Positions 26,089 through 39,560 of a DNA stretch of 64,000 nt are shown piece after piece. How positions within the stretch are numbered: position 1 is the stretch's first letter; every line of letters starts with the position of its first letter. Source of the DNA: the human T2T-CHM13v2.0 reference genome, Homo sapiens; assembly GCF_009914755.1 (NCBI RefSeq), contig NC_060933.1; one strand, given 5' to 3'. The position numbers and the translations under genes are program-made. The notes below the pieces were generated by a model, which ran no database searches, was not told the DNA's origin, and saw only the letters and a list, made by a program, of their open reading frames with translations.

Positions 26089-26850
26089 GTATCTTTGCTT
26101 ACTGGCACCTAGAGATATTTCAGGCTCCTTGTGAACATTTCTTTCCTAAGCTTACAATCAGATGTTTTGAAAGAAGATTCCCTTTATTAGAACTTATTTA
26201 GAAATTATAATCTTAGAAATAGGACTGTGTATTGATACCATTTGCCCACTGCTTCTAGCATTTTTTAATGAATAGGGCAAGGAAACAATGTTTCCATAAA
26301 GAGGGAAAATCATTATTTTACAGTGATATTTTCTGATTCAAATTTAAGAGATTTTACTTAAAATATTTGATTTTATAGTTAAATATAATTTACATTAGAT
26401 TCTAACAACTTTTACAAAATTACTAATTTTCATTATTTTACAAAAAAGTTATTAATAAAAGACTGCTGAATAAAGGTTTTTTTTCTTGTTCTTTTTGTCC
26501 ATAGAATATATCTCATTGAAAATGCATAGGGAAAATACTGGTGTTAGTTGGAATAATTATTTTCTCTATGTGTTTATGCCATGATCTTAACATATAGTTA
26601 CATTTATTTGTTTTATTATTTTTATTTACTTTTGGGGGATTTTAACTTTTTTTTGTTTCCTTGATTATTAAAAACAATTACATGAGTGTAACACAAAAAG
26701 TATATTACAAAGTATGTCAGATAATTTTTGCCTTCATCCTAATTTCCTCTACCTTTCTTCTATAGATAGAAAGTAGTTAATCCTTTCTATTTGTTTTGCT
26801 TTATTCTTCCAGGATTTTCTTTTTTTTTTTTTTTTAAACAATGAAGCAAT

Positions 26851-26868
26851 TATATCTATATCTATCTG

Positions 26869-26901
<33 letters not shown>

Positions 26902-26918
26902 ATCTATCATCATCTATC
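26851..26918. repeat. (TATC)n tetranucleotide microsatellite
   Basis: Run of atct/tatc units with interruptions. Confidence 0.9.
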
Positions 26919-27189
26919 TCTAACTGTAATCTGTATTCCTCTCCTTTCTTTACAAAAGGTAGGTCATGTACATTGTTCTGTACATTGCTCTTTTTACATT
27001 TTACAGCTGCATAGTCTTCTATCATGTGAATGCTCCAGTTATTTAACATTTGGTTTATTTCTTATCCTTTGCTATTTAAAAACATCAGAAAGAATAACAT
27101 ACATAGCTTTGCAAGTGTATTTTCAGGACAGATTCCTAAAAGTGAGGTTGATGTGCAAAAGGGTAAATGCATATTTACTTTCACTGGGT

Positions 27190-27565
27190 ATCTTAGTTCA
27201 GTTGGGCTGCTATAACAAAATACTGTTGACTGGGCAGCTTATACACAACTGATATTTATTTTTTGTAGTTCTGAAGGCTGAGAAGTCCAAGATCAAGGTG
27301 TCACCAGATTTGGTATCTGGTGAGGGCCTGCTTCCTGGTTGATAGATGGTGTCTTCCTTCCATCTCCTCACATGGTAGAAGGAGCAAGTAATCTCTCTGG
27401 CATCTCTTTCTATGAAGGTATTAATCCCATTCAGGAGGTCTATCCCCATGACCTAATCACCTCCCAAAGGCCCCACCTCTGAATAGCATCAACTGAGGAG
27501 TTAGTATTTCAACATAAAAATCTTGTAGGACACATTGGTATGTGGTATGTCTTCAGACCATACCA
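27190..27565 (-). mobile_element. MLT1A-family solo LTR
   Basis: 'tcttagttcagttgggctgctataacaaaatac...aagtccaagatcaaggtg...ttcagaccatacca'. Confidence 0.85.
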
Positions 27566-28052
27566 CTAAATATCACTAAATTCTATTCAAAGGAGCCATA
27601 ACAGTTGCATTTCCTCCAACAGTGTATGACAGTACCTGTCTTCCCTCAGTCTTGCTAACAGAGTATGTTGACAAACATTTGGAATTTTGCCTATCTGATA
27701 AGTTAAAAATTATATTACAGTATAGTTTTGATGTTTTACTTCACGTATGAGTGCAGTTGAATGTCTTTCAAATGTTGCAGCTTTTGTATTTCTTCATCTT
27801 CAAATGTCTATTCATATATAGTATCTATATTTCTGTTAGATTTTCTCTTTTTTGAAATAAGTTTATTGAGTTATAATATATTTACAGTAAGCTTCATCCT
27901 TTATAGATGTATACTTTCATAAATTTTCACAAATGTGTATGGTCATGCATTATCATCTAACTACCACCACAATGAATATATTGAATCTGAAAAGGATTTG
28001 TTTCTCTTTGTTTTGAAGATTGTCAAAATTTTTAATATATTGATATTACCCC

Positions 28053-28435
28053 TGATATGGTTTGGCTCTGCGTCCCTGTGCAAATCTCATGTTGAATTTG
28101 AATCCCTAGTGTTGGGGTAGGGACCTAGTGAGAGGTAATTGGATCATGGGGGTGGATTACATCCTTGCTGTTCTCATAATAGTGAGTGAGTTCTTATGAG
28201 ATCTGGTTGTTTGAAAGTGTGTAGCACTTCCCCCTTTCTTCCTCGTGCTCCAGCCATGTAGTGTAGTGCATGCTAGTTTCCCGTTTGCCTTCTGCCATGA
28301 TTGTAAGTATCCTGAGGCCTCCTCAGCTGTGCTTCCTTTACAGCCTGCAGAACCATAAGTCAATTAACATTTTTTCTTCATAAATTACCCAGTTTCAGGT
28401 AGTCCTTTACAGCATTGTGAGAATGGACTAATAGA
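28053..28435 (+). mobile_element. MSTA/THE1-type solo LTR
   Basis: Starts 'tgatatggtttggctctg' and ends 'gaatggactaataga'. Degenerate TSD acccc/acctt. Confidence 0.88.
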
Positions 28436-28468
28436 ACCTTTTGAAATAAAGGTTGCAAATATTTTTTC

Positions 28469-28743
<275 letters not shown>

Positions 28744-29734
28744 TTGCAAATATTTTTTCATAGTTAATAATTTTTTTCAGTCTTTGCTCGTATTATATTT
28801 TACCATACAAAAGTTTTTAAAATGATATTTTATTGAGTGTGCTAGTCTTCCCTTTTATTTCTTCTAGATTTAAAGCTTTCCTTGTTTGTAAAGGAAACCT
28901 ATATTTTCTCACAGAACTCATAAAGTTTTATTTTTTAATATTTAAATCTCTAATCCATTTGTATTTTATACAGTACCTAGTATAAATTATAGATTAGATT
29001 AGATTTTCTCACGAAGTTTTATGCAATTGTCTGGAGATCATTTTTTAAAGTTTACTTTTCTCACTATTTTTATTTGCCACCTTTATTACATATTAAATTT
29101 CTATATGTACTTGGATCTATTTTTATTTTGTCTATTATGTTCCATTCACCTACTTGCCTATTCAAAGGCTATTTAACTTTTAATTATAAATAATTTATCA
29201 TAAATGTTTAATGTCATCTTACCTGAAAAGCAAGGCCTTCCTCTTGCTCTCTTTCTCATCATTGTGTGATGTTGAGAGAATATAAAAACATAAACAATAA
29301 TTTAAATTGTATTCAGTATTTTATTTTGAATCATGAATAGTGTAAAATTAAAATGTTTGTGACACAAAGATAATCTTTTTCTTTCTTAGGTTCTATTCAT
29401 ACAATAAATTATATTGCTATATTTGTTAATAACGAGCCTTTTCAGAAATGAGCCCCAGAATGCATTTTTAATAGTATATTACATTCTGTTTGCTGAGATT
29501 TTATTTGACTTTTTATTATCACTCTTAAGGTTTTTATATTAATCTATGCTATCTTCATAAAGATTTATTATGTTTTACTCTTTGCCTATACAACAGACAA
29601 ATTTAAGTAGTATTAGGACTATCTGATTTTGAAGCTTCTTAGAATTGTCTAGAAAAAGCTATCTAAGTCTGGTGGTTTGGTTTCTCCTTGGAAACTCTTC
29701 ACAAATTTCTTTACTTCTATTAAAATGGTTATAT

Positions 29735-30308
29735 AGTCAGCTCTCTGTATCTGCAGTTTCCATATGTGCATACTCAACCAACTGTGGAGAAAAGAGATTC
29801 AGGAAAAAACATAAAAAAGATGGAGTACTATGCAGCCTTAAAAAAGAATAAAATCATGTCCTTTGCAGTAACACAGATGGAGCTCGAGGCCATTATCCTA
29901 AGTGAGCTAACACAAGAATAGAAAAGCAAATACTACATATTCTCATTTATAAGTGGGAGCTAAAGACTGAAGACACATGAACATAAAGATGGGACAAAAG
30001 ACACTAGGGACCACTACATGAGGGAAGGAGTGATGGGGGCATGGTGTGAACAACCACCTGTGGGTAGGATACTTACTGCCTGGATGACAGATGGTTGGGC
30101 CCTCAAGCCTCCACATCACACAATTTACACATGTAACAAACCTACATGTGTACCTTTTAATGTATAATAAAATTTGAAATTATAAAAAAATTTAAAAAAT
30201 AAAATCGAAAAATACAAATAATAAATATGATGTAACAACAATGTATATAGCACTTACATTGATTAGGTATTATAAGTAATCTAGAGATAATATAAAGCAT
30301 ATAGGAGG
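29735..30308. mobile_element. MER2-like (Tigger) DNA transposon relic in two pieces (29735-29810 and ~30205-30308), split by an L1 fragment
   Basis: TIR-like 'agtcagctctctgtatctgc...tcaaccaactgtgga' and internal 'attaggtattataagtaatctagagat'. Confidence 0.7.
29819..30200 (+). mobile_element. L1PA16/L1PB-type 3' fragment
   Basis: 'atggagtactatgcagccttaaaaaagaataaaatcatgtcctttgcag...tgtaacaaacctacatgtgtacc' plus an A-rich tail. Confidence 0.85.
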
Positions 30309-30309
30309 G

Positions 30310-31853
30310 CCTGGGAGGCAGAGCAAGATGGTAGAATAGAAAACTCCATTGAGAAAACTCCACGCAAGGAAACCAATTTAACAACTAGCTACACAGAAAA
30401 AACACCTTCATAAGAACCAAAAATCAGATGAGCACTCATAGTACCTAGTTTTAATTTTGTATCACTGAAAGCAGCGTTGAAGAGATAGTAGTAGAAAAAA
30501 AACAGATAAGATAGAATAAGCAGAGACAGAAAAAATAACAGTCCTGAATGACTGGTGCCACCCCTCCCCCACACCCCTGCAGCAGCAGCTTAGCACAGAG
30601 AGCCTCTCTGGGCACTGGGGAAGGGAGATTGTGAGGCAATTATGAGGCATTAAACTCAATGCTGTTCTGTTAGAGAAGAAAGGAAAACCAGACCAAACTA
30701 AGCTGACACTCACACATGGAGGGTACATTTAAACCAGCCCTAGCCAGAGGAGATATCGTCAGTCCCAGTGGTCTGAACTTGAGTTCCCACAAACATGGCT
30801 ACTGAGGGCTACAGTGCTCTGTGTTTCTAAATAAACTTGAAAAGCAGACTAGGCCATGAAGAGTGTAATGCTTAGGAGAGTCTTAGTGCTAAACTGGGCC
30901 CAGAGACAGTAGACTGTGGGGGAGCACACAACTACTGAGACACCAGCTGGGCAGCCAAGTGAGTACTGGCATCACCGTTCCCCTAACCCCAGGTTGCACA
31001 GTTTGTGGTTCCATAAGAGATGCCTTCCTTGTCCTTGAGGAGAGGAAAGGGAAGAGTTGGGGGGACTTTATCTTGCAACTTGGACACCAGCTCAGCCACA
31101 GCAGAATAGGGCACCAGTCAGAGTCATGAGTCCACCATCCTAGACCCCAGCTCCCTGACAACATTTCTAGACACATCCTGGGCCAGAAGGGAAACTACTG
31201 CCTTGAAGGAAATTACCCAGTCTTGGCGACATGCATCATCACCAGCTAACTGAAGAGCTCTCGAGCTTGAATAACAAGCAATGATATCCAGGTGCTATGT
31301 TGAAGGCCTTGGGTGAGTCTCTGAGACTTGCTGGCTTCTGGTACCAGCATGACCACAAGAGGTTAGAGCACCAAGCGGGATTTTGGGGTCACTGATTTCC
31401 AGAACTTGACTCTTGGTTGGCATTTCTGGACCTGCCCTGGGCAAGAGGGGAGCCCACTACCCTGAAAAATGAGTCTTAGGCCCAAGAAGCATCCACCACA
31501 AGTTGACTTAGGAGAGCCTTCGGCCTTAAAGGAACCTCTGTGGTCGTCTGGCAGTATTCCTCATAACCGAGGGTGGCAGCAGCTACAGAGTGAGGCTCCT
31601 CTGCCTGTGGAAAGGGGAGGGAAGAGTAGGAAGGACTGCATCTTGTGGTTTGAGTGCCATGTCAGCTGCAATACAATAGAATACCAGGTAGACTTCTAAG
31701 GTTTTTGACTATAGTCCTTGACTCCTGACGGTAACTGTGGACCCCCCAGGGACCTGGGGAACTGCATTGCCCTGAAGGGAAGGACACAGGCCTGGCTGGT
31801 TTTGCCATTGCCTGATCATAGAGCCCTGGGTCTTGAGGGAACATAGGCAGTAG
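30310..31853 (+). mobile_element. Isolated L1MA1-3 (L1M1) 5'UTR, first ~1.5 kb only
   Basis: Starts 'ggaggcagagcaagatgg'. Colinear, in reverse complement, with the 5'UTR of the L1 at ~55075-56667 in this window. Confidence 0.85.
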
Positions 31854-31855
31854 TC

Positions 31856-32156
31856 CTTATTTTTTATGTTTTGTTATTTATTTATTATTTTTTGAAACAG
31901 AGTCTTGCTCTGCCACCCAGGCTGAAATGTAGTGGCATGACCACAGCTCTTTGTAGTCCTGACCTCCCAGGCTAAATGAACCCTCCCACCTTAACCCTCC
32001 TAGTAGCTAGGACTGCAGGCATAAGCCACCATGCCCAGATAATTTTTTAATTGGCCACATTGCCCAGGCTGCTCTTAAACTCCTCACCTCAGCAATCCTC
32101 CTGCCTCAGTCACCAAAAGTGGTGGGATTAACAAACATGAGCCACCATCCCTGGCC
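31856..32156 (-). mobile_element. AluJ with a small internal deletion
   Basis: Diverged Alu with J-type 'ccacagctc...gacctcccaggct' and 'ttgcccaggctg'. Ends 'ctggcc'. Confidence 0.85.
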
Positions 32157-32159
32157 ATT

Positions 32160-33000
32160 TTGTGATTTTCAATAGTATTTTTCCTTCACCTAAGTAGCTT
32201 AACAGGAGGTGGTTTTACTTTCTAGGTAGAGGGGACTGTTTTGGTTTTTGATTTTGTCATTAATTTATAACTTTGTTGTATTGTGATGAAGATTACTACT
32301 TCTATTAATTATCTTTTTGAAATTTAGTGATTTTCTGAGATCTAATATATGGTAAATTTTTAGAAAGAATGTGTGTTTTCTATTTCTGGAATTCAGAGTT
32401 TAACATATATCCATTCATGTAGAATTATCTTGCTGATTAAGTTTTTAGGTTTTGTTTATACTCATTATTGTTTTGTTCTCTTCATTTGTCTTGGACAGGA
32501 AGGTGTGTTAAAGCCTTCATTATTAGTGGTTTCTGTCTGTTTTCTTCTTGCCTCCCTTGTAGTTCTGCCTTATAAAAGTTTTAACTTTACATTTGCTTTA
32601 TAAATGTTAACAACTTTTGTTGTCATTGTAAATTATAGCTTTTGGTATTAAAGTTACCATCATTTAATGATTTTTGGCCTGAATTGTACCTGATATGAAG
32701 ATGATAATACCTGATTTTTATTTGTATTTTCCTGGAATGTGTATATGTTTACCAAACTTCCCTTATTTTTTAATCTTGCTGAATTATCTTGTTTTAGATT
32801 TATCTCTCACATGTAGCATAGAGTTGGGTTTTGCTTTATTTAACAATTTAAAAAGTTTTCTTTTTTAATAGATGATGTTAAACTGTTTACATTTATGGAT
32901 ATAAGCAATATGTTTAAATTAGATTCCATTATATTATGATATACTACTATATACATGTGTATTTTTTCACCAATAGGTCTTTTCATTTGCTTTCTCTCTA
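32160..33000 (-). mobile_element. Ancient L1M ORF2-region relic
   Basis: 'tctaatatatggtaaattttt' and 'tagcatagagttgggttttgcttt' resemble antisense L1 EN-region sequence. Confidence 0.55.
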
Positions 33001-33371
33001 TTATTTTTAGCATTTTTTTGTTATTTAGTAAGTTTTAGTTTTTGTTGTATTTTATCTTCAGTCTCTTCATTTATTAGATACGGTCTATTAAAATTCCTTA
33101 CCATGAAAAATGATGATGTTAGTTTGTAACCTGTTCTTTCCACCCCACTTCCCAATTAGATCATGAATAATTAGGAGGGGATTGCCTGAAAAATAAGACA
33201 AATATAGAAAAGCAATACAAGGGCATTCTACCTTATATATGCAAGCTGCTGAACCCTAAAAGATGTCATTTAGTGAATCACAAGGTTAATGTAATTGGAG
33301 TGTGTGGTGTGGTAGATCTGAGGAGTGGTGAGTGGTGAGGCTGGGGCAACTGCTATAACTATATGAAGCTT

Positions 33372-33600
33372 TGTGTGAAGAGGTTAAGAACTGAAGTTCT
33401 GGAATCTGCTAATTGGATTCAAATCTCATTCTCCTCAACCTCCAAGCTTGGTGAACTCTGATAAATTTCTTAATCACTTTAAGCCACAGATTCAACGTTT
33501 ATAATATGAGGATACAAATATTACTTATCTCAAAGTTAGGTTGGTAATAAATTTATTAATCCATATAAAACAATTATCATGGGGCTTCATCTATAACCAA
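33372..33600 (+). mobile_element. MIR relic
   Basis: 'ggttaagaactgaagttctggaatc...ggattcaaatctc...tttcttaatcactttaagcc'. Confidence 0.65.
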
Positions 33601-33699
33601 CATCACCATAGTTTAGCAATGAATATTTTTGTTAGTATTAATCAGCAGCAATTACTACTGCCATGACTTTTCCTTCTGAGAGATAGAGAGGAAGAAGCT

Positions 33700-34310
33700 C
33701 AAATCCTATCTGAAAATCACTTTAGAAAAGTGTTGGATATGGAGAAGAATGTTCTAGGCAGAGGAATCACCATATACAAAGACAAAGAGGTGAGGCCAAG
33801 TATAATATAATAGGAAAATAAAGTATACTTAGTTTGCAAGGTGTGTTTAGGAACAGTGAGAGATGAATTTGAAAAGGTAGGCAAGAGTCTTTTATAATTT
33901 TATAGGCTTAAGATTTTGTTCTAAAATTAATAGGAGCCACTGACGGATTTTAAACATAGGAGCGTTGGTCATCACAACATATTTTTTGGAAGAATCACTT
34001 TGTCAGAAGACAGACTTGACAGGACTGAATGACTGACAGGACTGAATGACTGATAAAATGTGGAGGTGAGGGAGAAGAGAAGTCCAGGATCTTTTCCCAC
34101 TGGTACGAATGGTTGGATAGATGGTGCCCTTCCTAAAATTAGGAATGCGGGAAAAGTAGAAAGCCTGATTAGGAAAATATCTTGGCTTGGCTTTGTACAT
34201 ACTGAGGTTGAGGTGATTATGGAGCACACAGGGTGAAAATGTATAATCAATAGCTGTCATTATGTGTAAAAATTCAGGAGGAAGATTGGAGGCAGAAATA
34301 AAGATTTGGT
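33700..34310 (-). mobile_element. L2 relic
   Basis: 'gaagaatgttctaggcagagg' and 'ggagccactgacggattttaaacatagg'. Confidence 0.65.
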
Positions 34311-35612
34311 CTTTTTGTCATCAAAAATCTTTTCATTGGAAAATTCCTATACCAATGTTAGTTATTGTTGCCATCACCACAGCAGTTGTTATTTTGAAGA
34401 CAAACATTACATTGTAGAGTTATTCTTCCTTATATTTAATTTGAAAATATTTACTTTCTAAAATGCATAAGCTTGGGGTAGAATGATAATTTTCAGGCTC
34501 TGTGAAGCTTCATGTATGAGCAAAGAAGGAAATGCTGTCAAAAGGGAAAGAAATATTTTTCCTAATCCAAAATGACTTCATTTCCAGCAGTTCCAGAGAA
34601 TTTTATTTTAACTTTCATTCACAAATGCTTTAACAAGGTTAAACTGAAGCAATGAAGACAGCTTTATTAATTCGAATCTTTCAATACTGTCACGCTTTCT
34701 TTGCTAGGAAGTCAGGAGCTTATGTTTTAAAAAATTCATTAAAATGCCAGTGTGCATCAGTCAGAGAAATCATTTTAAAAACATTTTAATCTTAAATGTA
34801 GGGTGAAAAAAACCTTCACACTCATTTATTTTTGTGCCAAGAAATAAAAGCTCAATTGAGCAATGGGATGAGTTAGAGTCTGGATTGTACAGAGTGGCTG
34901 AAGAACTACTCACTGATTCAATTCAATGCATAGTTTTTCATCACCACTCAAAATTGCAGAGCCAAGCCTAAGTTAAAAAAATACATAAGAGAAAAGCAGC
35001 CTTTGCTGATTGTTTGCCAATTTGTCCTTTACAGGATAAAGGCATATTAAAAACACAATTTTTACAAGATTTTTAACAGGTCTGAAATTCTCATTCTTAT
35101 TTAGCCTAAGGCGATAATTCTTACATTTTTTTTGGTGTGTGTCTTAGAGCATTTTGAGAGCCTGATGACAGAAGTGGATTCTCTTCTGAGAAAAATGCTC
35201 ATATTTACAATATTTTTCACACTATTTTGGGGCATTCTTGACATACCATTTTCCCTGAAGTCCAGAGATTTCAGATAATAAACTGCTGGTTGAGATATTT
35301 AATCCTCTGAGATAGTCATTTGAAGGACAATTCAACTTTTAATCTTGAGCTTGAGCCTTGACATTAACACAAAACTGTATTACACCTTTGTTTGAAAGAG
35401 ATCTGAATCTCAAGGGATGGTATGAGCTATACATTAGCTTTTCTACTGGAATATATCCACTCTTTATATGTACTTACTTGGCCTAGTCACTCAGAAAAAG
35501 GAAACAATATTTTTATTACAAATTTGTTTGAAAAAACCTAATTAATGAAATAAAATCAGACTGTCTAGGAAGTTGGACATTGGAACTAGAATGATGTTTA
35601 AGAAACATGGTC

Positions 35613-36815
35613 AACCCCTACCTCTCACTACAGACAAAACTAATTCAAGATGGATTAAAGATTTAAAGGTAGGGCCTCAAACTATAAAAATTCTAGAAGA
35701 AAACCTAGGAAATACTTTTCTGGGCATTAGCCTAGGCAAAGAATTTATGACTAAGTCCTCAAAAGGAAACACAACAGAAACAAAAATTGACAATTAAAAC
35801 CTAATTAAACTAATGAGCTTCTGTACAAAAAATGAAACTATTCACAGAGTAAACAGACAACCTACAGATTTGGAGAAAATATCTGCAATCTGTGCATCTG
35901 ACAAGGGACTATTATCCAAAATCTATAAGGAACTTAGAAAATCAACAAGAAAAAAACAAGCAACCCCATTAAGAAGTAGGCAAAGAACATGAACAAATGC
36001 TTCTCAAAAGACACACAAGCTACCAGTAAACATGAAAAAATGCTCATTGTCACTAATCATCAGAGAAATGGAAAATCAAAACCACAATGAGATACCACCT
36101 CACACGCATCATAATGGCTATTATTAAATAAAGTAAAAAAGTAACAGATATTGGCAAGGTTGCAAGTAAATGAGAATGCTTACACACACTCTTGGTGAGA
36201 ATGTAAATTAGTTCAGCCACTGTGGAAAGCAGTTTGGAGATTTCTTCAAGAACTAAAAATAGAACTACCATTTGACTCAGCAATCCCATTACTGGTTATA
36301 TACCCAAAGGAAAATAAATCACTGTATCAAAAGACACTTGCTCTCTCATCTTTATTATAGCACTTTCACAGTAGCAAAGGCAGGGAATCAACCTAGGTAC
36401 CCATCAACAGTGAACTGGATAAAGAATATGTGGTACATAGACACTATGGAATTGATATAGCCATAAAATAACAAAATTATGTCTTTTGCTGCAACATGGA
36501 TGCAGCTGGAGGCCATAATCCTAAGTGATTTAATGCAGAGACAGAAAACCAAATATCACTTGTTCTCACTTATAAGTAGGACTAAACATTGGGTACATGG
36601 ACATAAAGTTGGGAACAGTAGACACTAGGAACTTCAGAAGGGGAAAGTGGGGTGGGGAAAGTGTTGAAAAACTATCTACTGAGTATTATGTTCACCATTT
36701 GGGTAACAGGTTCAATTAAAGCCCAAACTTCAGCATTACACAATTTACCCATGTAACAAACCTGCACATGTCCCTCCTGAATTTAAAAATTTAAAAATTT
36801 AAAAAAAATTTAAAA
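35613..36815 (+). mobile_element. 5'-truncated L1PA16/L1PB-type element (~1.2 kb)
   Basis: ORF2 C-terminal remnant [10 protein letters not shown]...ILEENLGNT, followed by the 3'UTR and an A-rich tail. Confidence 0.9.
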
Positions 36816-36994
36816 GAAGCATAAGGCCATGGAATATATTTAAATCACCATTATCCAGAGAGTCCTTCTAGCTCTTGGATGGATGGATGATCAACATCTT
36901 AACCCTATACCTGAAGAGCAACAGGTGGGAAGGGTTAGGGAAGGAAGCACTGTGTTTGGCCTCTGACATATATTTTCTGTTTCTAAATGCATGC

Positions 36995-37340
36995 TGTATT
37001 AGTTCGTTTTCACACTGTTATAAAGAAATACCCAAGACTGAGTAATTCATAAAGAAAAAAGGTGTAATTGACTCACAGATCTGCATGGCTGGGGAGCCCA
37101 CTGGAAACTTACAATCATGGCAGAAGGGGAAGCAGGCACGAGAGAGAGCACGTGAAAAGTCCAAGAAAAACTGTCATTTATAAAACCATCAGATCTTGAG
37201 AGGACTCCCTAACTATCATGAATAAGCATGGGGGAAACTGTCTCCATGATCCAGTCACCTCCTACCAGGCCTCTCCCTCAACACCTGGGGATTACCACTC
37301 AAGTTGACATTTGGGTAAGGGCACAAAGCTAACCATATCA
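36995..37340 (-). mobile_element. THE1 (C/D-like) solo LTR
   Basis: 'tgtattagttcgttttcacactg'...'aaccatatca', with TSD catgc/catgt. Confidence 0.88.
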
Positions 37341-37629
37341 CATGTCCTTAATTTGTCCCTTAATTTGGAAATTTAGTTTCCACTTTTTGCCTCAAAATAG
37401 ACTTTTTTTTTATTATCCAGACATTTAATTATTGATTTGATTTTTACAATTTAACACATTTGTTTTTTTCATCAGACATAGCACCACCTGAGGTTGGTTC
37501 AGCAGAATTGAGAGTGAGTACATCTCTAAAATAAGTTCTGTGTCTAAAAACTATTTTAAAATAAATATATGTGTTCTTAAAAGGAAATACGCAGAGTGGC
37601 TGCCAGTTTACCTCCTCATATTTGTATAA

Positions 37630-37800
37630 CGTTTTAATTCATGAAAGGTTTTCATATTAATGACCTGCAGTTTGAATAAAAGGCAAACATTGCTATGCCA
37701 AACTCACAGGTGAGGAAACTGAGGCTAAAAGAATTGCAACATACTGTTGATAAATGACAGAGCTGAGAATCCACCTCAGGTCTCCCAATCTTTATGTGAT
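37630..37800 (-). mobile_element. MIR relic
   Basis: 'cacaggtgaggaaactgaggct' is the MIR core. Confidence 0.7.
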
Positions 37801-38672
37801 GCATAAGTTTCCAAATGTATTTCAAAAGTCCATTTTATTCCTTTATACTTATGTAGGTAAATTGAATAATTACTTGAAGCATACAACTATTTAACAACAA
37901 TATATATCATCATGATTTAATATTGCCAAAGGTCTGTTCCTGGCCTTATTTCAGTCCTACTACCTATCTCTGCTATGGATTCTAAACCAGGATTAGTCTG
38001 AATTATGCCTGAGAACCAGTTTGCTCTCATGAGAAAAGTAGTTGTTTTATTTTTTTAAATAAAGTTCATATAAATTAGTGCTTCTGTTTGATGTCACTTT
38101 TCAGAACAATTCATGTATGAAAGGTCATTTCACATTAGCCTTGCAAAAGAATTACCTAATTTTCCATATACTAGTTGCATAAAGGGTTATAGTTATAATA
38201 AAAACCCATTGCCAGGAATGCCACAGCGAATGTCTCTACTTTGCACATGATGTCATTTCTATGTTCCTAGTGCCTAGCAGAGAGCATGGCACTGAAATGT
38301 TGGTTTAATTGAATTATTTCACAATGTCACAACATAGGCCTTGTGGAAGCAGAGTTTGAATAAAGAAACAATTTCCTAAAGTTTCAAAACTTTACAGAAC
38401 GCTTAACCTTCATAAAGGAGAAAAGTCCTAAACTGGAAGAGTTTTAAAACTATAAAACTCGAAAACATACTTAATTCTAATATCACACATAAAACACGAT
38501 TAGGAAATAGTGAAGGAAAGCTCACCAAACACTTAAATCTGCTACACATTCAACTGGATTTCTCATTGAATATGAAAACTGAAGTTTCTCTTTTCTCATT
38601 TTTTACATCTTTGCTTCTAAATGCTGACTGATTACTTTTAGATGAAATATATTTTCATTGCTATATGTTAAA

Positions 38673-38683
38673 ACACACACATG

Positions 38684-38718
<35 letters not shown>
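38673..38718. repeat. Compound (CA)n/(CG)n microsatellite
   Basis: 46 bp of uninterrupted purine-pyrimidine alternation including cgcgcgcg. Confidence 0.95.
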
Positions 38719-39384
38719 CCCCCGCAATGCTGACAGCAGAAAATTCATGCTTCCATGGTTTTAACAGCTCAACCAGCACCTTCCTTTCAATTTTATGTAG
38801 GATAGTGCTGCACCCTTCTTCTATATCATTAAGCACTAATTGCCCAATTACAGAGCTTTGGGACACTGCTAAAATTGTGCCTGAAGCTTTTAAGCAAATT
38901 CAGCTTTAAAGCAAATGATCCCAGTAGTCAAAATTATTTACTAAACACAGCACAGTTTCTTCTAGATAGATTATTTAAGGCCTATTACGCTTGCTAGATC
39001 CTTATAGTACAAAATACTTGGGTATTTAGTGAGACTGTTCCCTCTTTTCATAAAGCTTTTTTATATTCAGCACCAAAATGTAAAAGGAGTATTATGTATT
39101 TGGGTAGAGAGGACTCACGCAAATATTCTTAACCTGAAAAACAGTTTTCTTTTTCTTAGGCTGTTTTGAAGAAGGGATAAAGAGTTGTTCTGCATCAGAG
39201 CATTATTTGTAAATATAGAGTTAAAAGGTTTATTTAAAAAAAACTCTCTTTTTGTTCAAATATATATAGCCATGTAAACTATAAGGGATTTGAATGTGTT
39301 CTAACTGATTCCATTATTTGGGCATACCCCTTTTTAAATTTCTGTTCGGGATATTTTGTCAATCCTTTGCATTACTGACAACAA

Positions 39385-39560
39385 ATAATAACCATTGTGG
39401 ACTGTGTTAGGCATTTTCTGCATTTTCTCACATAGTTCTCATTAGTCTTCTCGACAGCTCTCAGCTATTCCCAACTTCATTTTACAGAAGAGGAAATTGA
39501 GGCTTTTGGTGGGTAAATAACCCACCTAGGATCACATTGCTGATAAGTGGCAGGAGAATA
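39385..39560 (-). mobile_element. MIR relic
   Basis: 'cattttacagaagaggaaattgaggct...taaataacccacctaggatcaca'. Confidence 0.7.
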
